From Felis catus (Eukaryota): a stretch of 64,000 bases of DNA. Shown here in pieces: positions 57,525 through 64,000 of this stretch; positions within the stretch are counted from its first letter, which is position 1, and each line of letters opens with the position of its first letter. The stretch is taken from NCBI RefSeq assembly GCF_018350175.1, contig NC_058368.1, positions 79,300,001 to 79,364,000 of the forward strand, read 5' to 3'. Below the pieces are notes generated by a model that saw only the letters and a program-made list of their open reading frames with translations, was not told where the DNA came from and searched no databases. The translations under genes and the position numbers were made by a program.

Positions 57525-60500
57525 CCTTCAAGTGACTTTTAAGCAGTAATTTCAGTGTGCCTTCTCCGTGTCAGAAAATGGAAGGACAAAAAGGTCTAAA
57601 CACTAGAAACAAAATATAAAAACATTAAGCTCTTTCCAAAATCATACTATTTAATAAGAACATTGCTATTCTTTTGCTGGCAAGCATTAAATATATATAC
57701 AATGTACAGTACAGCAAATAAGTAATTATGTTATTTTCTTTACAAATCAAAATTGATAACACAGCATAAAAGAAAAACAAATATAAAATCAAAGAAGCCT
57801 GTTTCGCTGCTTGGAACCCCAGAAACTTGCCTGCCCAGTTCAATTAACCAATTCTGTCTCCCGAGCTGCCATTTTGGAGACGATGTCAATTCTCCCATCA
57901 TACCCCAAAAAATGAGAGGCAGTGGAGGGGGAAATCCAGAATGTACTTTAACCCTTGCTCTGGAGTGTCACCGAGGTGACAACAGTCCTCTCCTCTTTCC
58001 ACTTCAATGTTCAAGAGTGACGGCATTAGGAATGAGTGGGAGCAGGTGCATGGCAGGGGGCAGGGGAGGGATGTGAGAGCGTTGGGGAAGGAAAAGCAAG
58101 GAGGAAGGAGGGGGAAGGAGGGGACGGAAGGGAAGGAAGGAAAAAGAACACACAAGAAAGAAAAACAAAATAATATGCAAATTGTCTGCTTTTTGATTGA
58201 ATATCGACTTAAGCCACTTTCATGGTGCCAGGGGGTGCTCACCGCCACATGATTCACACTTGTGTTCACACCTCAGAGCTTCAAATAATGAGAACCACGA
58301 CACTTTTGAGAGAGCTTGAACCATTTTTGTCTTCACCCCAGATATTAGGCTAAAGCCCAGCTTACACTTGCTCATTCTCCCAATAGTACACCTGGAAGGT
58401 TCTAAAGGCGTCTGAGAACCTGACACAGCTTAGGGACCCTTCCAGCTGTACCCTACGTGGTCGCTCTTCACCTTGGATGTAACGATAGGGTTATGTGCCT
58501 AAAAATCTATAATTTCACTTGCCATTTTAAACAAAGCGTGACACAGTCTACTGTCTTTAAAGGGAAAATGAGACTTACAAGATGGGACCAATGATTGGCT
58601 TCCGCTTCCAATACTTTTGCTTCCCAGTGTTGAACTTCACACAAGCTTTATGCAGGGGGTTCCCTCTACCACGCAGCCAGGACCCTACGACTATCTTCTT
58701 GGTGGTCACTGATTCTCACTGTGGGCTCACATAAGTCATGTGGTTGCAAGACACATCATTTCCCAATAATCAGAGCGGAGAAGCCCGTGTTTCCCACCAG
58801 CTACCTACACAGGATTTTAGGGGCAGAGGGCACGGGTGCTGAACAGCGACATTGTGTCCACGTTCTGAGTTTTTCATGGCTCCTGCTCCAAAGAGTCAGA
58901 ACTCACTGGGCACATCCCTGTGGTCAGCGCTGTGAAAATGTTAAGTCCAGCAGGAAAGAATCACAACAACAAACAGGCACAGATCGGGATAAATATTTTG
59001 ATCGAGGAGAGACCTTCATGCAGTTTCCTTGGCAACATCCAGCGTTGCTCACCAGCTTGTTTCTCATTACTCTTCCTGAGCCCTCGGTGACTGGTCTCTG
59101 TGTTTCGGAACTGAACTGGCTAAAATCTGGAGAAGGGAGAAGAGTTCTAGACAGTAACTGGAGGAGAGCAGCCCAAGGTACAGGGCGCCAGAGGTGAGAG
59201 ACTTGTGAGCTCGCTCGCAGCCCTGGATCCCGCGTGACCTCTGCTTTTCACAAACCCAGCTGGTTGGCGCCAGAACATCACTGACAACTTTATTGGTCTG
59301 AGAGTGCCAATACTCTAGAGGTAACTGAGCAAACTTGTCCTTCTATTATAATACCCTCTTCCTTAATGAAAGAGTAGTTTAAGCAATCTTGGTCCAAACC
59401 AAGCCTCTCCATATTCTATTTTTGAACTGCATGGACTTATTCCAATCTATTTCCTGGATGGGAGCTATGACCATCTTTTGTTACCTTGGAGTAACTCTGA
59501 CTTCTTTCTGTTACTACACAAGCACCATTTAATATCTACAGTATTCCGGAACACCCTTTCTGAACCACAGGCCTTGCCTTTCTTGAACCTTCCTTTCTTC
59601 TCATGAAATCGGTGTTAAAGATGCCTTTTCATCCAGATGAATACCTGTATCATATGTGCTAGCATCTTGTGAGATCTGGAAAGAGAAAGCAGTGTAATAA
59701 TTAGCAATGCAAAAACCCTTATTCTCATTCCTATTTATTAAGCAAATGTTCTTGGAAAGGCCCTTAAATTATAATTTATATGTTGCATATACATACATAT
59801 TCTTGGAATTTTACTCAGATTTATTCTGCATAATTTTTAATGCCTTAAAATGCTTACATTTGCATGTAGCTACTCTTCTGGAGATTAATAGAGCTCAGCA
59901 AACAGTAATCAAATTATGAACAATTTAAAAATAGGATTTTGAACGTATATGCCCAGGTTTTTTTTCCCCCCTCTTCGTTTTTCTCAGCTATCGTTTGGCC
60001 TGAAGCCTCAAAGATTTGAGGAAAGGGGAAAAAAAATCTAAATTACAAAAAATCTAAGTGTGTATCTTAGATTTCACCTCTTCCTTCTTTGTCCCTGTAT
60101 AGACACGGTTGTGGCCAGCCTTGGCTTAGTGGTAGGGCCCGTATCACTGGCAAAGGGCAGCCGCTGTCCCCCCCAAAGGATTCCACTGGTCCCGTGTGTC
60201 TGTGGCCAGCGGGACAGGGAGCTCTCCGGCGCCCAGGGGAGACAAAAGTGTCTGTTGGTCAACTCAAACTTCGCCAGCTCTCCTTTCTTCCTTTGGTCCT
60301 TGGTGAGTGTACCCTCTCTCAGTGAACAAAACCTCATGGTATCATTTAGACTGTTTGATGGCGAATAATCCTACGATGAGCATAGTTATTCCGAATCCCA
60401 CGTGCGGCAGGAGGACATAAAGGGCGGGCTTCCTCTGAGTCCCAACCCTGGGCCAACTCTATCGGCACAGCCTGGAGAGAGATTTCAGAGTTCCCCCAAA

Positions 60501-60527
60501 GAAGCAATAAATCAGAATTGATGTCAC

Positions 60528-60560
60528 GGGGCAGGGCGGGGCGGGGCGGGGCGGGGGGGC
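60528..60560 (+). repeat. (GGGGC)n tract containing four GGGCGG GC-boxes
   Basis: ggggcagggcggggcggggcggggcgggggggc. Confidence 0.9.
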
Positions 60561-61199
60561 ATAAGAACTTCATTTTACTGAGTCCCTGGCATTTCTGATG
60601 CCCTGGAACAAGTGACTGAGTGTCGCACAGGACATAAGCATATGTTCCTGGAGTCCAAGGAAAGTACAGTACAGGGAGACCACGGTGTAGGGAGTAGGAG
60701 GCCACCCCGAGGCCCTGGCGATCCTGGGGTGGGACACGAATTCTGTGACTTAGAACCACTCCTGATAATTGGCGGCATGTAGTATAGTGATGGGGTCATG
60801 CTTTTTTGTTGTAAAACCAAGATGCAGAAGACCCCAGCGTATTGACCGACCCAGTGGAGGGTCCCTGTAGTATGGTGTCGCTCTGATTATATACTGATCA
60901 TGTATCTTCTCTTTGATGCTTGAGTCTCCTCTCAATGGGTTACCAAAAAAGCTATGCGGGAGAGAAATGGGAAATGACTGACACAGCGAGCAGACGAAGG
61001 CATCACGGCATCAACTGGGAATGAGAACGGCGGCTTGGCAGTGGGCTGCCCCAATTTCTCACAACCCACCTTTACGTCACCGCTTGAACTGGGCTGAGAA
61101 CCACCCCACCGACATTGACAGCGTGCCCGTGTCTGGTCCAGGAGACTCCTTCAGCTCTTGGGTTACGATCCAAGAGCAGCCTCTGACCTGGTCGATCGC

Positions 61200-62210
61200 G
61201 ACTTCCTGGGCACGCGCTTCTCTGTGTGCTGAGTCTTCCCACTTTTCCTTCTCTTTCTCTGGGGCTCCTTCTTCATCATCTGTCCAAATCTCAGGGTGGG
61301 AGTTCCTCGATCCTGAACTCTGTGCCCTGCTCTCTGCAGTCTTCCACTGCTCGTGACCAACAGCCCATGGGGTCCAAATTCCCACCTGCGCTGGACGCCT
61401 TGTAACTTCCAGTCTGTACCCAGAGCTCACCTCCAGGTTACAGACTTGTGTTTCCCATGAGGTCCCCACCTGGCTGTCTCCAAAGCACGTCCACCTCACG
61501 CGCGTCTACGCTTCACCCTTCCTTGGTCCTTCTCTCTGTTTCCTCCCTGTGAGTGGCCGTGCCACCTTCTATCAACCCATCCCCCGATACCTTTGTCTTC
61601 CTCACTCCCCACACCTGCTCCTCAAGTTCGGTGGTTACCTTCCAAATCTCAGAGCACCCCCACCCCCCCCTCCACCGACCCTGTCCAGGCTGCATCCAAC
61701 CCTGCTCTGCACTGATGCAATGGTCTCCTAATTACTGCTCCCTGCTCCTTGCCTTTATGCACAGACAGAAACGGCCTTAGAAAAAGACTAACTTGGTTGT
61801 GTCCTTCCTTTAGAGCGACTGAAGTCCTGAGTTCAAGCCCGATCTTTCTTGGGGGCTGCTGGACCTGGTTGACCGAGCCCTGCTCCTCCCCTCTCCTTTA
61901 CTAGACTCTGGATCCTCAGGCCACGTGTTCCCTCCTGTGGGCAGACGCATGGACACACAGTTCCCTCCGCCTACCTGGATCTTCTCTTCCTTTCCTTGAC
62001 TGCCTGACTCTTCACCCCTGTTTAAATCTCAGACCAAATATCATCTCCCTGGCATGGCCTTCCCTAACCACCGGGCAAAGTCAGGCTCTTAGCACCCTGG
62101 GACTGCATTTTCTTCCTTCTTCCTCTAGGAACTCTGTCTTTCTGAGGAGTCTCGAAGCTCCACGAGGATAAGGATGCAGGCTGTTTTGCTCCTTGTCAGC
62201 ATCAAGACAG
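61200..62210 (+). mobile_element. L2 LINE fragments
   Basis: Pyrimidine-rich; cagcccatggggtccaaattcccacct, aaatctcagaccaaatatcatctccc...ggccttccctaaccacc and aagctccacgagg resemble the recalled L2 consensus. Confidence 0.6.
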
Positions 62211-62626
62211 AGAGACCCCTCTCCAGCGGGTTCTCAGTGAAGTTTCAGGGAACACAGGACAAAGGCAGGAACCCATGGCGTCAGGTAAATCCTCATTATC
62301 CACAGCATGCTGAAGCGACTGCCTTCCTTCCTCAAGGTCCCCGCTGTCACTCACAGGGACCTTCTACCTCTGCCAGGATCTCCTCCCCTCACTGTGAGAA
62401 GTGAGGAGGAAGGTGATGGCCAGGGAGCCTGGAAGCACAGGTGTGGAGCCCACCAAGGAGGCAGAGTGGGGACTGATGCCCCAGTGTTGCCATTATTACC
62501 ACCGTCACGGCCAAGGGTTTCACCTCTGCTCCTGAAACATATTTATCCTTCCTTGTTATTTTTTCATACTTTGCTTGTTTCATTCTGATATCAAGAATGA
62601 GTGGAGGGATTTTCTCTCTTCTCTCT

Positions 62627-62837
62627 TTTTATTTATTTATTTTGAGAGAGAGAGAAAGAGATACCATGAGCAGGGAAGGGGCAGAGAGAGAGGGAGAGAC
62701 AGAGAATCCTTGGCAGGCTCCACATGGACAGCATGGAGCCAAATTCAGGGCTCAAACCCACAAACTAACAGCGAGATAGTGACCTGAGCTGAAATCAAGA
62801 GTCGGACACTCAATGGACTGAGCCACCCAAGAGCCTC
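62627..62837 (-). mobile_element. Older CanSINE
   Basis: gacctgagctgaaatcaagagtcggacactcaatggactgagccaccca. Confidence 0.92.
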
Positions 62838-62879
62838 AGTCTTTTTGTTTGTTTGTTTCTTTTCAAGAAGAATTTGTAA

Positions 62880-63350
62880 CTGTGTTTTCCTTGAAAATTG
62901 CAAGAATTCACCTGTAGAATTGCACAAGGCTGATGTGTTCTTTGAGGAAAGATTTTCAAATACTTACTCAATTTGTCTAATGCTTATGAGATTGTTCAAG
63001 CCTTCTAATTCAAATAGAGATAATCTCAGATTTTCAAAGGCCAACTTCAGTAGATCTCTAGGCATCTGTCCATTTTGTTTAGATTTTTATAATTCTAAAA
63101 AACCTTCCAAGTCTCTACTTTTGCTCCCTTTGCAGCCCCAGTGGGGACCATCTGTGCCCCGTGCCCCCCACCCTTGATCACCACTTTTCTTGATCAGTCT
63201 TGCTGGTGGTTAAATTGCCATTTTGTCCAAGAACACTGCCATTTTGTTTTGATATTGTTGACCCTCGCCATTTGTGTTTGCTAATTTGTTTCTTTCTTCC
63301 CGCCTTTATCACATCTGTCCTTCCACTTTCTAGACTTCCCTTGTTTTGCT
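62880..63350 (-). mobile_element. Ancient L1M fragment
   Basis: aattcacctgtagaa...ctttgaggaaagattttcaaatacttactcaatt...atctgtccatttt. Confidence 0.55.
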
Positions 63351-63359
63351 GTTCTTAAT

Positions 63360-63601
63360 TTAATATATATATGAATAAATATGAATAAGTAAATATGAAT
63401 AAATAAAATTCATTGTCAAGTTAGCTATCATACAGTGTGTACAGGGTGCTCTTGGTTTTGGGGGTAGACTCCCATGATTCATTGTCTACACACAAGTGCC
63501 CTCTTCAATGCTCATCACCCAACCCCCCCATCAACCCTCAGTTTGTTCTCCGCATTCAAGAGTCTCTTATGCTTTGCCTCCCTCTCTGCTTGAAACTATT
63601 T
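63360..63601 (-). mobile_element. Severely 5'-truncated carnivore L1 3' UTR
   Basis: caagtgccctcttcaatgctcatcaccca and caaccctcagtttgttctccgcattcaagagtctcttatg, homologous to the L1 at 20550; TSD-like ttc(t/c)taattt on both sides. Confidence 0.85.
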
Positions 63602-63803
63602 TTCCTAATTTCTTAAATGTCAAGCTTAGTTTATTCATATTTCATTGATTTTATTTTCTAGTATAAAGCCCGGAATGTCCCTTCCAGCCTTCCTATGCTG
63701 CCCCACGTGCACGGATCCGTGCAACTTTCGTTAACGCTTATTGGTGCTCTGTCCCTTTGCATCTGGCGTCTCTTTAGTTCCTGTTTGGTATATGCATTAG
63801 AAG

Positions 63804-64000
63804 TTTTATTTTCTTTTTAAATTTTTTTAAGGTTTATTTATTTTTGAGAGACAGAGAGAGACAGAGCAGGAGTGGAGGAGGAGCAGAGAGAGAGGGAGAC
63901 ACAGAATCCGAAACAGGCTCCAGGCTCTGAGCCATCAGCACAGAGCCCGATGTGGAGCTCGAACTCCCAAACCAACCGTGAGATGGTGACCTGAGCCGAA
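63804..64000 (-). mobile_element. CanSINE, cut by the window end
   Basis: T-rich tail, (AG)n tract and body up to gacctgagccgaa. Confidence 0.95.

Noticed and set aside
3165..62927. Recurrent ORFs such as MAQSVKRLTSAQVMIS... and ...RERETQNPKQAPGSELSA...
   Set aside because: They are translations of CanSINE copies, not a gene family.
3169..64000. tRNA-like A-box and B-box sequences
   Set aside because: They are the tRNA-derived heads of SINEs, each attached to a (CT)n tract and tail or a SINE body; none is a standalone tRNA gene.

Overview
This is mammalian, almost certainly felid (cat-family), non-coding genomic DNA, probably intronic or intergenic. I count about 34 carnivore tRNA-derived SINEs (CanSINE/SINEC_Fc type; head GGGCGCCTGGGTGGCTCAGTCGGTTAAGCG, (CT)n tract, poly-A tail, many with readable target-site duplications). 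Older repeats include L1, L2 and MIR fragments, MaLR LTRs (MLT1-like), DNA-transposon relics (MER20-, MER119-, Charlie1- and MER82-like) and several micro/minisatellites. The only recognisable protein-coding remnant is a heavily decayed ERV-L provirus at about 23.2-25.7 kb (LTR, RNase H, integrase, dUTPase, polypurine tract, LTR). I cannot support any intact host CDS, RNA gene or CRISPR array; the supplied ORFs are SINE/microsatellite translations or chance ORFs. I found no convincing novel biological system. The most interesting observations are structural: nested and inverted SINE clusters with resolvable insertion order, an ERV-L apparently bounded by two different LTR families, a GATA-site tandem array, G-rich tandem repeats, and a few candidate micro-exons. 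Repeat family names come from recalled consensus sequences, not a database search, and boundaries of old repeats are approximate.
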